64,000 nt of DNA from Tubulanus polymorphus (taxonomy: Eukaryota; Animalia; Nemertea). A program made the position numbers and the translations under genes. Positions 63,245 through 64,000 of the stretch are shown here, in pieces. The notes under the pieces are model-generated. The model was given only the letters and a program-made list of their open reading frames with translations. It searched no databases and was not told where the DNA came from. Each line of letters opens with the position of its first letter. Positions within the stretch are counted from its first letter, which is position 1. The DNA lies in contig NC_134025.1 in assembly GCF_964204645.1 (NCBI RefSeq), positions 21,117,101-21,181,100 on the forward strand, written 5' to 3'.

Positions 63245-63741
63245 TCACACGAACGTGCCGGGGTTTTTCGACACGTTATTGCAGCCGATAATCTGGTGTT
63301 TCGGCAGGTAAACGGTTGCGCACACCGTTTCCTGTTCGTTCGGCGCTTCGGTCGTAGAATTCTCGACCGGTTCTTCGTTCTTATTCCGCAGATTAATATT
63401 TCCGTTGTTGCACGCGTTAACGTTATTCGTTCGGTCGGTTTCGTGCATCGCCGGCGTCGGGGTCTTGTTGCTTTTGCCGAGTGCCGTCGCGGTTTTGTTG
63501 CCGGATCCGTTATCGCAAGCTCGAAACGTCGCCCCGCGGTTTCGGTTCGTGTTTATCGTCGAGTGAAACGACGATACGTACGTGTTCGAGCGTTCCGAAT
63601 AGTATCGACTCCTGCCGAGTCGGTTTAACGATTTCTTCGGTAGACAGCAGCACAACGTTGACTTGAAGGCCTCTCGGTATTTTTTCGACATAAGGTTGTA
63701 CAGTATCGGATTTATGGTCGAACTGACAAAATATAGCACCC
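63245..63741 (-). CDS. Last exon of a class A neuropeptide GPCR (neuromedin U / pyrokinin / capa receptor-like): TM7, helix 8, C-tail
   Basis: atttcag|(G)VLYFVSSTINPILYNLMSKKYREAFKSTLCCC; NPxxY motif, palmitoylation-type cysteines, Ser/Thr-rich tail ending GTFV*. Confidence 0.9.
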
Positions 63742-64000
63742 CTGAAATATCAGAAATATCGAAACAAATAAATATTGATACGCCCCTTGCTGCCAACCAG
63801 GCCACCGAAAACTCGAGAAAAAACTGCGAAGAAACTTTCGGAATATTTACACGTGGAAAATGGCCAAAAATAGATATCCATAGACTCAGTGACATTAAGA
63901 AATCGGTTCAAAGTCAATTCAATTTATTCAATTAAGCAAAGTGGCTGAATGGCCATTTAAATGGCATCATCTATCGAAAAACACCATATCAATAGGAAGC

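Overview
AT-rich invertebrate (metazoan) genomic DNA with spliceosomal GT-AG introns; the species cannot be identified from the sequence. Three protein-coding genes are present. (1) eIF5 on the minus strand has two 5'UTR exons at about 9010-8717 and eight coding exons from 6935 to 298, with the last exon outside the window. (2) A kinesin light chain (KLC) gene on the plus strand spans about 17.3-58 kb and is divergent from eIF5. (3) The last exon of a class A neuropeptide GPCR (neuromedin U/pyrokinin/capa-receptor-like) lies on the minus strand at 63245-63741. The most notable signals are non-coding. One eIF5 intron holds a tandem array of four intact-looking and one decayed ~180-nt box C/D snoRNA-like genes, each with a long D'-C' hairpin insert and a 28S-complementary guide. 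Another eIF5 intron holds a candidate H/ACA snoRNA. A spliced uORF starting at poor-context AUGs overlaps the eIF5 start. KLC has two pairs of duplicated, apparently mutually exclusive TPR exons whose intervening introns are tiled by G-U-containing sense-strand stems, plus alternative first exons and alternative tail splicing. Repeats include a decayed BEL/Pao retroelement, a 1.5-kb TIR element with a 5-bp TSD, a tRNA-derived SINE with a 14-bp TSD, a Tc1/mariner remnant, many MITEs, and Penelope-like foldbacks with a minimal hammerhead motif. All calls come from manual reading; no searches or folding programs were run.
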